DNA from: Malacoraja senta
Lineage: Eukaryota
DNA: 55,754 bases
NCBI GenBank assembly: GCA_038087875.1
Contig: JAXLNO010006171.1
Location: 1-55,754 of the forward strand
Reading direction: 5' to 3'
Program-made: the position numbers and the translations under genes
Notes under the pieces: generated by a model
The model's input: the letters and a program-made list of their open reading frames with translations, nothing else
Database searches by the model: none
Told to the model about the DNA's origin: nothing
Part shown: piece after piece, positions 1-12,622 of the stretch
Layout of the letters: every line of letters starts with the position of its first letter
Numbering within the stretch: position 1 is the first letter of the stretch

Positions 1-220
1 GACAGTTTTTTACATTTACCAAGCCAATTAACCTACAAAACCTGGTAGGTCTTTGGAGTGTGGGAGGAAATCAAAGATCTCGGAGAAAACCCACTCAGGT
101 CGCAGGGAGAATGTACAAACTCCGTACAGACAGCACCTGTAGTCAGGATCGAACCCGGGTCTCTGGCGCTGCATTCACTGTAAGGCAGCAACTCTACTGC
201 TGCGCCACTGTGACCGCCCT
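1..220 (-). mobile_element. tRNA-derived V-SINE/HE1-type SINE, 5' part (runs off window start)
   Basis: Reverse complement gives gggcggtcacagtggcgcagcagtagagttgctgcc...gacccgggttcgatcctgac (A/B-box-like) and the core gggttttctccgagatc...tttcctcccacactccaaaga; same family as 27811-28117. Confidence 0.8.
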
Positions 221-952
221 TGAGCAAAACTAAACTGTTGGTGAATCTCAGTGTTTGGCAGATGATGTTTCAGATTGGGACACTTTTTCAGACCAATGGA
301 ATAGTCATAAAGTATAAAAACAAGCCCTTTGCCAGATTCATCCATAAGGACATAAATGCCCTTCCAAGTAGGCCCTGTTTGCCTTGTTGTCCTACGTCCC
401 TCTATAATTTTCCTTTCCGAATACCTTTCCCAATTCTTAAAATGTTGTTGTATCTGCCTCAACTGCTACCTCTGGCAGCTCATTCCATATACCACCACCG
501 TCTGTGTGAAGGAAAGGTCCCTTTTAAATCTTTCCCTTCTCACCTTAAACCAATGCTCTCTATTCTTGATTTCTCCAACCCATGGAAAATAAACTGCATT
601 CGACCAATCTGTTCCCCTCATGATTTTAGACACTCTAAGATTAACCCTAGTATGGATAGAAGTGACAGAATTATGGCCAGCATTGAACACATTGGGCCAT
701 GGGACATGTTTCTATGCTGTACTATTCTGACACTAATATTCAAACCAAATTCAGTATGAGTGAGGTGAATGCTGCATAATGTCAGTGTTGATAGATTAAC
801 TACCCTGTATAAAAGCTTGGCTCCAGTATTCAGTGCAATTTTTTGTACGTTGGTGCCATTTTCTTGCATCCTGGCTGCATTTTCTCGTTTCACTCCTACC
901 ATCGGGAATAAGTAGTCTGAAAACCATGAACACCAGGTTAAAAATAGCTTCT

Positions 953-2156
953 TCCCATCACACGGAGGGCTGGTCCCCCAGTGCAATATTCCACATCTCC
1001 ACCAATTACAATATTGGTAGCCAGTGGGGGGGGGAGGGGGGTGTATGGGTGTTGTGGGCTGAAGGGACTGGTTTCCAGAGGGCTAGTATGGACATTGTGG
1101 GCCGAATGGATTCTTGGGCTGGCGGCTCAGTTATTCAAGACTGTTGTGCTGGCAGCTCACTCACTCACGGCTGGTGGGCTGGCAGTTGTATCACGGCTAT
1201 TCCTTGAAATTCCATTTCAAGCAGGGTGCAAGGCCACCAAATTCAAGTGCAGTTTCATACCATTTCAAGCAGGGTGCAAGGCCACTAAAGACAGCGAGTC
1301 GTGACCTCTCCTCCTCCATCTTGCAGAGACTGGGACACACCCACACTTCTGGGTTTTATAGTCCCTCCCCCCCCGCCCACCAGAAGGGGCGTGATCGACA
1401 GGAGAGAGAATCTCAACATTTTTAAAACACTAATAACTTTTATTTTTCATCGATGGGAAAAATCCTTGGCACATGTTGAGCGGAGGGGGACTCTGAGTAA
1501 GATGGTCAAAAATCACAGCCGAACGTGGGGAGCATTTATCTAAAATCAATATAAAGCGCAAACGGGAAGTGGTCAAGATTATACTTTTAATTATATAGAA
1601 AGCAAGGCAACTTTAATTAGGCAAGGCAACTTTAATTAGGCAAGGCAACTTTAATTAGGCAAGGCAACATTAATTAGGCAAGGCAACTTTAGCATTTCCA
1701 AACCAAAGGCAACACAGCTTTAGCATTTCCAAACCAAAGGCAACACAGCTTTAACATTTCCAAACTATATTTTCCAAACCACATTAAGGGCACTGACAGG
1801 TCAGTGAAACCACTCACAGTTTAGTAGACATGTGTTCAGTGTTATTCACAGCTCCGACTGAGAGACGCAACCCTCTCGCTCCCCATCTTGCAGAGACTGA
1901 CTGAGGCACTCAACACTTCTGGGTTTTATAGTCCCTCCGGAAGCGGCGTGGCCTCAGGCGAGAGAATGTCAACATTTTTTAAACACTAATAACTCTTTTA
2001 TTTTTCATAGATGCGAAAAATCCTCTTGTCCTGCGCAGTGCAGGGGGACTCTGAGTAAGATGGCCAAAAATCACAGCCGGAAGTGGCAGCGTTTTTTCTA
2101 AAATCAATGTACAGAACAACAGGAAGTGGTCAAGATCAGACTTTTAGTAATATGGA
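953..2156 (-). mobile_element. Non-autonomous Helitron, composite with two 5' ends, 3' hairpin lost
   Basis: Minus strand starts A|TCcatattactaaaagtctgatcttg at 2156, with a second TCtatataattaaaagtataatcttg at 1599. Blocks ~1290-1599 and ~1860-2156 are duplicates. Sub-terminal gggggaccagccctccgtgtga (~958-979) matches the 3' region of the complete Helitron at 24966-26195. Confidence 0.7.
1601..1770. repeat. Minisatellites inside Helitron: 19-bp aggcaactttaattaggca x~4.5, then 31-bp tttagcatttccaaaccaaaggcaacacagc x~2.5
   Basis: Tandem units directly visible. Confidence 0.9.
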
Positions 2157-2339
2157 TTACTCAGTTTCTTATTTATGACAGAGACTGAGTGAGCCACGTA
2201 ACTCCCATCTTTGCCATGTCCCATTAATACCATTTTCCTTACTTATTTTCCTGTGATCCAGTCTCTCTCACATGCCCATTTAAACTAGTGATTCTCTTAA
2301 CACTTGGCTAATTTACCGGAGCTAATTAGCATTAGCTCC

Positions 2340-4013
2340 TTTTGGGAGTTGTCGGGGCAGATGACGCTTCCAGTCCGAGCGGCGGACAGGTCGGTGTCTC
2401 CAATCCTAGCGATGAGACTCGATTGGCGAGACCAATGTCGGGCAGAGCTATAGTGATGGGTGACTCCATTGTCCGAGATGCGGACAGGAGATTCTGTGGC
2501 GGCAGGCGAGACTCGAGAATGGTCTGTTGCCTCTCTGGTGCCAGGGTTCAAGATATCACGAACCGACTTCAGAGAGAAGGTGAACAGCCGGCAGTAGTTG
2601 TGCATGTGGGCACATACGACGTAGGGAAGAAGAGGAAGGAGTTTAGACAGTTAGGAAGAAGACTGAAAAGCAGTACTTCTAGGGTGGTTATCTCTGGATT
2701 GCTTCCAGTACCTTGTGCTAGTGGGGGCAGGAACAGGGGGATAGGGGATCTGAATGTGTGGCTGAGGGGCTGGTGCAGGAGCAAGGATTTAGATTTATAG
2801 ACCACTGGGATCTCTTCTGGGGTAGGGGTGACCTGTACAAAAGGGACGGGTTACACCTTAACTGGAGGGGGACCAACATTTTGACAGGCAGGTTTGCTAG
2901 TGCTACACGTGTGGGTTTAAACTAAATAGTGGAGGGGAAGGATTGACAAATTGGGAATATAAAGATGGAGTTAAAGGGGAAGTGAGTACAGGAAAAGTTA
3001 CAAAAGATTCCCGAATTAATGGGAAGGTAAGTTCGACATGGGATAAGAGAGTAAGGTCAGGGCCAACAGTGTGAGAGGGGAGGTGAATACCGAAGTCAAA
3101 GTGTTGTATATGAATGCGTGCAGTATAAGAAATAAAGTGGATATTCAGGTTGGTACTGGACCCCAAGAAAGGGCGTTTGTGCAGTGCCTCTGTGATGGAT
3201 TCTTAGAGCAGCTTGTACTGGAGCCTACCAGAGAGAAGGCAATTCTGGATTTAGTGTTGTGTAATGAACCAAATTTGATAAGGAACTCGAGGTAAAGGAG
3301 CCATTAGGAGGTAGTGACAATAATATGATAAGTTTTAATCTACAATTTGAAGGGAGAAGGGTAAATCAGAGGTGTCAGTTTTACAGTTGAACAAAGGGGA
3401 CTATGGAGCCATGATGGAGGAGCTAGCCAAAGTTGACTGGAAAGATACCCTAGCAGGGATGACAGTGGAACAACAATGGCAGGTATTTCTGGGAATAATA
3501 CAGAAGGTGCAGGATCTGTTCATTCCAAAGAGGAAGAAAGATTCCAAGGGGAGTAAGGGGCGACTGTGGCTGACAAGGGATGTCGGGGACAGTATAAAAA
3601 TAAAAGAAAAGATGTGTAACATGGGAAAGATGAGAAGAAAGCCAGAGATTGGGTAACCTTTAAAGAGCAACAGAAGATAACTCAAAAGGCAATACGGGGA
3701 GAAAAGATGAGGCACGAAGGTAAGCTAGCCAAGAATATAAAGGAGACAGGTACTTTGATCTGTCTTCACCAAAGTGGACACAAACAATCTCCCTGATGTA
3801 CTAGTGGCCAGAGGATCTGGAGTAGACGGAGGAACTGAAGGAAATGCACATAAGGCAGGAAATGGTGTTAGGTAGACTGATGGGACTGAAGGCTGATAAA
3901 TCCCCAGGGCCTGATGGTTTGCATCCCAGGGTACTTAAGGAGGTGGCTCTGGAAATCGTGGACGCATTGGTGATAATTTTCCAATGTTCTATATATTCAG
4001 GATCAGTTCCTGT
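2340..4013 (+). mobile_element. Degenerate, internally deleted CR1 LINE (ORF1 SGNH esterase plus ORF2 endonuclease/linker fragments)
   Basis: GDSIVR...VVVHVGT...VVISGLLPVP (esterase ORF1); LYMNACSIRNK, EPTREKAILDLVLCNE and DKSPGPDGLHPRVLKEV (CR1 ORF2). Confidence 0.88.
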
Positions 4014-5400
4014 GGAGACTGGTCCTTGATTATGCTGGTGGCCTTGTTGATGCAGCGTGAAGTGTAGACGGAATCAATGGAAGTGGGGGGGGGGGGTTGT
4101 GTGATTGTCTGGGCTAAGTCCACAACTCTCTGCAATTTCTTGCAGTCTTGGATGCAGCTTTTCCCAAACCAGGTTGTGATTGCATCCTGATAAGATGCTT
4201 TATATGGCATATCCATAGAAGTAGGTGAGGGTTGATGAGTACATGCTCAACTTCATAAGCCTTCTAAGGAAGCAGAGGCATTGTTGTGCTTTCTTGGCCA
4301 TAGCTTTGACGTGGCTGGTCCAGGTCACATTGCTGGTGATATTTATTCCTGCGAACTTGAAGCTTTTGACCATCTCTACTTCGGTACCATCAATATAGAT
4401 TGGGTTGTGTATACTGCTTTGCTTCCTGAGGTTGATCATAATCTCTTTTGGTTCACTGACATTGAGGGAGAGAGGCTGTTTTCTTGGCACCAAGGTACAA
4501 GGTTCTCAATCTCCTTTCTGTGTGCCTCATCTATTTGATATCTGGCCCACTACAGTGGTGTCGTCTGTGAACTTGTAGATTGAGTTGAATTGGTATTTGG
4601 CCACACAGTCATGAGTGTATAAGAAGTATGGTAGGGAGCTGAGAATTTATCCTCGTAGGGCACTAGTGTTGAGAATTATTGTAGAGGTGGATTTTTCATC
4701 TATTCTCACGGATTGTGATTGCAGACACAAAATGCTGGAGTAACTCAGCGGGCAGGCAGCATCTCTGGAGAGAAGGAATGGGTGACTTCTTCAAGCTTCT
4801 TATCCAGGTTTTCCATGGATGAGTGTTGGGGCAGGTAGATTGCATCAGCCATGGACCTGTTATGGCAGTAGGCGAATTGCAGTGGATCATCGTTGCTTGG
4901 TAGACTGGAGTTAATAAGTTCTATTGCCAGCCTCTCAAAGCACTTCATGATGGTGGATGTCAAGGCCACAGGACAGTAGTCATTAAGGCATGAGATCTTA
5001 CTTTTCTTTGGCACCAGGAATAATTGTGGTCTTCTTGAAGCAGGTGGGTACCTCAGAACAGAGTAGGGAGAGATTAAAGATGTCTGTGAAAACTCCCGCT
5101 AGTTGGTCTGCTAAGATTCTAAGGACGAGGCCAGGAACTCCATCTGGGCCAGTTGCTTTCCATGGGTTCACCCCTGGGAAGGCCGATCTTACATCTACAA
5201 CAGTGACTGCGGGTACAGGCATACTCTAATCTGCCGGGACAGATGTCATCTACCCAAAGTGAGCATAGAATGCATTAAGTTATCACTAGCGATGCTGCCT
5301 GCCTGACGTCGGTTTATAACCCGTGACAGTATTCAGGCCACTGTCAACGGTTGTGTCAAGGCTTATTGGTAGCGGAGTACAGTTCATTCAGAGCAAGCAT
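4014..5400 (-). mobile_element. Degenerate Rex1/Babar LINE, interrupted by a Penelope-type terminal repeat at ~4720-4790
   Basis: [37 protein letters not shown] and KKAQQCLCFLRRL motifs on the minus strand. Confidence 0.85.
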
Positions 5401-6728
5401 GCCATCAGCATTGTGAGGAATGTGGATTGCTCTCAGGATAGCTGAGGTGAATTCCTGTTGTACCTTCAAGGTGGTGTAAAGCTGAGCTCTATTTGGAAAA
5501 GACTACATAGCTCATCCAGACTTCACAGTGTCTACATTTTAATTTAGTGTTTTAATTTGTTTTGTTAGCAATGTTATTTTTGTAATTAATTGAAGGCTTA
5601 TTAAATGGTCTTTTTAAACAGCATTAAAGAGTTCTACACAGGGTTCAGGTCCTGCATTTGAAGGGATAAGTGCTCCATTATACACAATATTTTTCCATGA
5701 TTGCTTTGAAGTTGACTGGCTGGTTCCAATAACTTATTAGCTGAGAATAAAGCTCACATTGTAATTAAAATTATGGGCAGAAAAGCTGTCTTTTTACACG
5801 AGTAGCAGAACCTGTTCCTGCTTTCTCAACCAAATAGGGATTTAGAAAGTCCATAAAATATAGCGGATATTATTTTCTGATTCATTTAAATAAAGTGGAT
5901 ATTTTTAGTGCTTTCTGATATGTATCTGAAAAGTCATGGCACCTATTACGCATCTATGTTTTAAATGAGTGCATTTTGCAAAAAAAATCTTGATCTGTAC
6001 TTGAAGAACCCTGGTAACTAAGGCTGTGAGCCAAGTGCTGGAGGGTAGGATAAGGCTGGGTGGCTCTTTAACAAGAACAGGTACTGTGGGGTGAATGGCC
6101 TCCTTGTAAGATTATTTTTCCTCCTGTTATTGCCTGTACACAATTGGCCATGTGTATAAGAAATGTTTAATACCTTACACTTAACAGCCAGTCAGGGAAA
6201 TGAGCATGCATTCAATATAAATTTGGAAGAAAATTTACTTGGTAAATGGACCTTGTGTTTTTTAAATCCCTGTAGTGTATTCCGGTGCATAACTTGTAGA
6301 TTTGTTAGCATGTTAGAATTTGATTGTTTTAATTTTCCAGTCTAATGGACAGTATTCCGTCAGGTTTCTGATCTAGGCATTAAGGATGTGAGCTGATTCA
6401 TCGTTTGCTGCAGAGTACATGGCCTTGCCACTCCTTATTGGGTTTCTGGTTAAGAATCATTTTTTCTCCTCTCCCCTCCCCCCAAAAGAATATCAGAATG
6501 CTTGTTAATGGCAGATGACTTGATGATAATCATGTGTCTAATTAAAGGTCACATCATCCCCATATAGATTTGTTAAATGGAAGCCACTTTCTAGTCATGC
6601 ATTTCTAATCAAGTTGGACTCTTTCTGTGACTGAATGCCTGTTCCCACATTTAATCTTTGTTTTCAGCCGTTAAACTTGAAAATTATATCTTGGGAAAGG
6701 TTATCAAGCACACTTCATATTTTCCCTT

Positions 6729-8166
6729 TTTCAGGGCACCATAATGTTTGGGACACAGCAATGTCATGTAAATGAAAGTAGTCATGTTTAGTATTTTGTT
6801 GCATATCCTCTGCATGCAATGACTGCTTGAAGTATGCGATTCATGGACATCACCATTGGGTGCTTTCTCTGGTGATGCTCTGCCAGGCCTGTATTGCAGC
6901 CATCTTTAGCTTATGCTTGTTTCGGGGGCTAGTCCCCTGCAGTTTTCTCTTCAGCATATAAAAGACATGCTCAGTTGGGTTCAGATCAGGTGATTGACTT
7001 GGCCACTCAAGAATTGACCATTTTTTAGCTTTGAAAAACTCCTTTGTTGCTTTAGCAGCACATTTGGGATCATTGTCTTGCTGTAGAATGAACCGCTGGC
7101 CAATGAGTTTTGAGGCATTTGTTTGAACTTGAGCAGATAGGATGTGTCTATACACTTCAGAATCCATTATGCTACTACCATCAGCAGTTGTATCATCAAT
7201 GAAGATAAGTGAGTCAGTACCTTCAGCAGCCATACATGCCCAGGCCATAACACCCCCACCACCGTCTTTCACAGATGAGGTGGCATGCTTGAGATCTTGG
7301 GCAGTTCCTTCTCTCCTCCATACTTTGCTCTTGCCATCACTCTGATACAAGTTAATCTTCGTCTCATCTGTCCACAAGACCTTTTTTCCAGAACTGTGGT
7401 TGATCTTTTAAGTACTTCTTGGCAAACTGTAACCCGGCCATCCTATTTTTGCAGCTAACCAGTGGTTTGCATCTTGCAGTGTAGCCTCAGTATTTCTGTT
7501 CATGAAGTCTTCAGCGGACAGTGGTCATTGACAAATCCACACCTGACTCCTGTAGAGTGTTTCTGATGTGTCGGACAGGTGTTTGGTGATTTTTATTTAT
7601 TATAGAGAGAATTCTGTCATCAGCTGTGAAGGTTTTCCTTGGCCTGCCAGTCCCTTTGCGATTAGTAAGCTCTTTCTTCTTAATGATGTTCCAAACAGTT
7701 AATTTTGGTAAGCCTAAGGTTTGGCTGATGTCTCTAACAGTTTTATTCTTGTTTCTCAGTCTCATAATGGCTTCTTTGACTTTCATTGGCACAACTTTGG
7801 TCCTCATGATAAACAGCGATAAAAGTTTCCAAAGGTGATGGAAAGACTGGAGGAAAGACGAGGTGCTGAGAGCTCTCTTATACCTGCATTAAGGAGGCAA
7901 TTAAACACACCTGAGCAATTACAAACGCATGTGAAGCCATGTGTCCCAAACATTTTGGTGCCCTGAAATGGGGGGGACTATGTATAAACACAGCTGTGAT
8001 TTCTACATGGTGAAACCAAAATGTATAAAAATGCCCTTTAATATAATCTGACAATGTGCACTTTAACCACATGTGATTTTTTTTCGATTACAAATCTCAA
8101 ATTATGAAGTACAGAGGCAAATAAATAAATGATGGATCTTTGTCCCAAACATTATGGAGGGCACTG
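6729..8166 (-). mobile_element. Tc1 (DD34E) DNA transposon, one TIR partly deleted, frameshifted transposase
   Basis: HTH plus GRPRKT (7511-7807); WTDETK, QQDNDPK and SPDLNPTE with 34 residues between D and E (6850-7377); end ...ggagggcactg|TA at 8166. Confidence 0.92.
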
Positions 8167-8168
8167 TA

Positions 8169-8330
8169 GGTTAGTTCCTGAGGTTGATCACAATCTCCTT
8201 TGTCTTGCTGACATTGAGGGAAAGGTTGTTGTCTTGGCACCAGGTTACAAAGTTCTCAATCTCCTTCCTGTACTCCATGACGCCATTATTGGATATCTAG
8301 CCCACTATGGTGGCGTCTTCACAATCTGAA
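8169..8330 (-). mobile_element. Rex1/Babar RT fragment
   Basis: Similar to 4420-4570 (WCQDNNLSLNVSKTKEIVI-like motif). Confidence 0.7.
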
Positions 8331-8512
8331 ATTCTTCTCTCAGGATCAATCGCTTGACATCTGATTTGCTATTTGATTTTCAAAAACTTGCTTCCATTTG
8401 TGTTCTAAGGTTTGGGAGATGCTTGTGCAACAACTCTTTAAATGTGGGATTGCCATTGCACACTAGCTACCACACTTGGCAAGTAAGTCTAATAAAACTG
8501 GCAACCTGGTTT

Positions 8513-8670
8513 TGTTTAGGAAGAAACTGCAGATGCTGGTTTAAACTGAAGATAGACACAAAATACTGGAGTAACTCAGCAGGACAGGCAGCATCTCTGG
8601 AGAGAAGGAATGGGTGATGTTACGGGTCGAGATCCTTCTCCAGACTCTCCAGCATTTTGTGTCTAACCTA
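8513..8670 (-). mobile_element. Penelope-type terminal repeat with decayed hammerhead core and short inverted end
   Basis: aagaaactgcagatgctgg...tactggagtaactcagcaggacaggcagcatc...gatgttacgggtcgagatccttctccag, followed by inverted ctccagcattttgtgtcta. Confidence 0.65.
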
Positions 8671-8910
8671 GTTTTGTTGCTCAGGATCAGCACATGCCTG
8701 TAGATGCACATGCACTCTCTGAAGACAATGTGCACACGGTATGACTGCATGCATACATATACTCTGCATACTAAAAATATGCATGGAGTCTTAACCTTAA
8801 TCTTTTCACACAAGTCAGCTCCTCTACCCAAGACGTTGCCTGCAGTTGAATCAGTTGTTTTCATCTTTGCTGTATTTTGTCCATCTTGTACCTGTTCCAT
8901 TTGCCTTTGG

Positions 8911-9759
8911 CCACTAGGCAGCCTGGTAGCCTCTGCCTACAATCTGTCTGTTTTTCCATCTTTTTTAAATTTTTAGTCTGTTTAAAAAGTATGTGGTGGA
9001 GTTTCCTAGTATTTTTATGTGGGGGGAGGTGGGTAGGGTAAGGGGGAAACTTTCCCAGTCACTTCCTGGCAAGGATGCGACTATTCTCCAAGTTGCGTCC
9101 TCGCCCCCCCCTGCCCCCCTCGCGGCCTACCAACTGGATTGGCGGGCCTTTCCTGCCGGAGACTTCCTGCCTCCAGAGCTTCAGCGGCGGCGCAGCACTG
9201 ATTAACCGCAGAGCGAGCGATGCCTTACCTGGATTGCCGTTTGGAGCTCCGGAGTGTTGGGCCTGCTGCTTCAACATCGTGGAGCTGTGCTTTGAGGAAC
9301 TCCCAGCCGCGGGCGGTGCTGACTTCAACATAGTGGAGTCCTGGGATCCCTTTGCCGAGGGCAGCCAGCGTGAATCTCTGCCCAGCTCGGCCTGTGGACT
9401 TCGGGAGCCGAGGTCTCCCCGTAAGAAGTGGCCGATTCGGAAGTCCAAGCCGTTGAGGGTTTGCACCCTTCCGACGTCGGAGTTCCATCATCCCGGCCTG
9501 AACATCGGGCCACCGTTGCGGCGACTGCGGGGGCTCGGGATGCCTCGACCACGGGTGAACATCAAAGAACATCAAAGAGGAGGATGACTGAACTTTGGTG
9601 CCTTCTTTGATTCTGCTGTGTGGGGATGTTTATGTTAAAAACTATCGCGTTCTGTGTTATTTTTATTATTCGTATGGCTGTATGGTGACCCCAAATTTCA
9701 CTGTACCAATTGGTACATGTGACAATAAATGTCTCTTGTCTCTCTTGTCTCTTGTCTTG
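8911..9759 (+). mobile_element. Long CpG-rich non-autonomous retroposon with Rex1-like 3' tail
   Basis: Ends aaatttcactgtacc-aatt-ggtacatgtgacaataaa(tgtctct)n, resembling the Rex1 tail at 20415-20473; colinear at both ends with 36714-37465. Confidence 0.72.
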
Positions 9760-10494
9760 CCTAAATTCTCCTGGCCACCACCCCAGCAGTGAGACCTTGC
9801 TCGCTCTGAGAACAAGACACTTAATGAACACTGCTACTCACCCTCTTGGATTGCTTTCCATCACCAATAGTCTTCCACCAGTCTTGTCAGTGAAAGCCGG
9901 CAGACCAGTGCAGAAACTCTAGACTTCTCCTTGAAATCCTAGGGCAACAGGAATTTCTTCAAACATTTGGTCAGCTCTGCACTCCCTCAGTTCTCTGTGG
10001 TGTCCACGTCTGTCTCTCAGTTGACAGAGGCAGATGTAAGCTGTGGGTGCGGGAGCACCCCATTTAGCTGTCATTATCCCTCCCAACATGTACAATGATA
10101 TGTAAATGTGCAATTTGCAGGAATTTGGCTGTAAATTGCTACAGCATTTCTGACGTGAGGCATTATAATTCAGAGTAGTTTGATTTCCTGTGAAGTAACT
10201 GAACTTAATCATTTTGCATGTGGACTATATTTGATATTTGGCACTGAACATCACTGGAAAGGACCTTTTGGCACCAAGGACCTGGCTTTGATTCTGACCT
10301 TGTTGTGTCTGTGAGATTTGCACAATCTTCCTTTTACGGCATGGGTTTCTGCCAGGTTTCCATGCACATCACAAAGTCTTGGTGAATCATTCTTTAACAT
10401 AGATAAATGACAGAGAATATAAGGAAAGTTTATGGTTATTATGGGAGAGAATTAAGTGTTGCGCTACAAGACGAAAGGGGAATTGGATGTATTG

Positions 10495-11400
10495 GCTTAC
10501 AGCAGCACCTGTGAAAGTAAAAGGCAACATTTCAGGTTGAGATTTTGCTTCAGGGCTGAGGGAACACAAAATCTCGATGGCAGTGCAATGTGGAGTCAGA
10601 TAGAGACGGGTAGGTGATGTGTGAAGCCTGGGGTGGGGTTGATGTGGACATGAAACCAGGTGGGGGAGGAGGGGTAGGACAGAGGCTGGTAGGTGATAGG
10701 TGTTGGCAGATGGGGAGTGGATGGGCAAATGGAATTGGGTGGAGAGGGTGGGATACAGGCAGGTAAGGTGATAGGTAGAGCCACATGGGCAGATAGCATA
10801 ATTGGGGTGAGAGAATGGGAAGGATGAACAATGGGTAGGAAACTAGGTGGATAGGCAAATGTGTGTGTATTTATGTGGGAGGAGAGCATTGAGGGTATGG
10901 GTTATATAGAAAATTCCATGTTGATATCATTGTTGTAAGCATCCCAAGCAGAATGCAGATATTCCAATTTGTATCAGGCTTCTCCATCACAATGGAGAAG
11001 GCAGGGAACTGCCAAGTGAAGTAGGGGTGTAAAGAAATTAAAATTAAAAGTATGTGCAACTGGGAGATTGAAATGGCTATTGTGGATAGGCCCCATTATT
11101 TTCCCCTGCACGCTCATTTGTCCACTCAGTTTCCTTCTCACTTTGTTCATTCTCTTAATGCCTCCCATTCCCCCCCCCCCCCCAACCTGATTCCATCTGC
11201 CATAATCTGCTTCACACAAACCACCTACTAGCCACAGTCCCACCCCTCTTCATGCTGGTAAATACTGGCAATCTTTCCCGTTTCCCCTCAATCCTCCAGT
11301 AGGGTCGCGACCTGAAACATTGACATGCACCTTTTACCTCCACAGATGCTGCTTGACTTGTTGAGTTCTTGCAGCAGTTCTGTTTTTTAGCCTGGTGTAT
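10495..11400. mobile_element. Old Penelope-like element remnant: minus-strand GIY-YIG C-terminus, 3' UTR and terminal repeat, joined to an inverted plus-strand 3' UTR and terminal repeat
   Basis: Minus-strand LPVAHTFN...LLHCDGEA (10974-11090) followed by a degenerate LGxLQPxGMNI-like region; hammerhead-like remnants near 10525-10555 (-) and 11295-11320 (+). Confidence 0.65.
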
Positions 11401-12370
11401 CTGGTGTAGCCTGGTGTATCTTTGTCCTGATTAGTATTAGACTCCAGGTGGTTTGTCCAGTTTTGTTATTTTCGTGGTGGCTTGCTAGAACTGAGTGGTT
11501 TAGTCAATCATTTTGCAGGAGAAATTGGGAATCACCCCCAGAGCTGGGACCGGAATCTCACGCTAACATCGAATTTCCTTCCCTAAAGAATATCATAGGA
11601 TAGGGTTTTTGTCTTACAATAAACTAGTAATTGTATGGCCACCATATTATATCTAATAATTTTCACTGAATAAAGACGCGCAGAATAGAAATTCCTTGGC
11701 TCTCACATGATATGGGGTGGAGGGGCACAGGGCACAGAGGATCCAGAATTTGACAAGCGCTGGAAATTCAAAAATAAGCTAAACAATGCTGGTAAAATGG
11801 CTTTACCTTGTCATTTAATGATGGCCACATTGTTAATCTTTCATTGTGCTAGGTGTATTATTGACATGACAGCTTCATTTGCTATTTAGTTTATGAAAAA
11901 CCATTCCTGATATTTTCAACTAAAAATGCTGCTAGGAATGAGAAATGCTTAGCTGTTGGGCAGCACCTGTGGAGAGGGGAGCAGTCAATTAGGCATTTGA
12001 GGAATTTGTTTGCTTAAATGGTTGCTAAGGAACAGTTTATTACTGTTAATAAACTAACAGCATTGAAAATGTGCATTTCAATCTTGGCATTTATTATCCT
12101 TTTTCCCCAGCATTTCATTTTATTATTATAACATTTCAGCTTAATTACATATCTTTACGATCACTACATTCAGTGATGCATTCAGTATGTTGAAGGAAGT
12201 ATTTAGAATGCCGATAACCAGAGTGTGATTTGTAATTATATAAAACCCCCTGAAGTTTTCCAGCAAGACATGAACCATATTTGAGCAGATATTGCAGTTC
12301 TATGTTTGTTGCTAGTTCATATCCTATAATTTCTCTGAGCACCATCTTTGGAGCAATCTGACACCAAGAA

Positions 12371-12622
12371 TTGTTTAAGAAAGAACTGCAGATGTTGGAA
12401 AAATCAAAGGTAGAGAAAAATGCTGGAGAAACTCAGCGGGTGAGGCAGCATCTATGAAGCGAGGGAATCGGCGCTTTGGAGAGAGGAGGAGAACCTTTTC
12501 AAAGTAGACATACCTTGAGGAGATTTTGCAGTGGAGGAGACGAAATGTTTAAGAAAGAACTGCAGATGCTGGAAAAATCGAAGGTAGACAAAAATGCTGG
12601 AGAAACTCAGCGGGTGAGGCAG
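12371..12622 (-). mobile_element. Tandem Penelope-type terminal repeats with 8-bp flanking duplication
   Basis: ~77-bp unit tgtttaagaaagaactgcagatg...ctcagcgggtgaggcag occurs at 12372 and 12546; accaagaa flanks at 12363-12370 and 12623-12630. Confidence 0.7.

Noticed and set aside
1601-1770. CRISPR-like array
   Set aside because: Head-to-tail tandem units with no unique spacers, in a vertebrate intron.
9059-9610. Overlapping 75-170 aa ORFs in CpG-rich inserts (also 36791-37345, 46431-46904, 28609-29116)
   Set aside because: No recognisable domain and frames are not conserved between related copies; expected by chance in GC-rich DNA.
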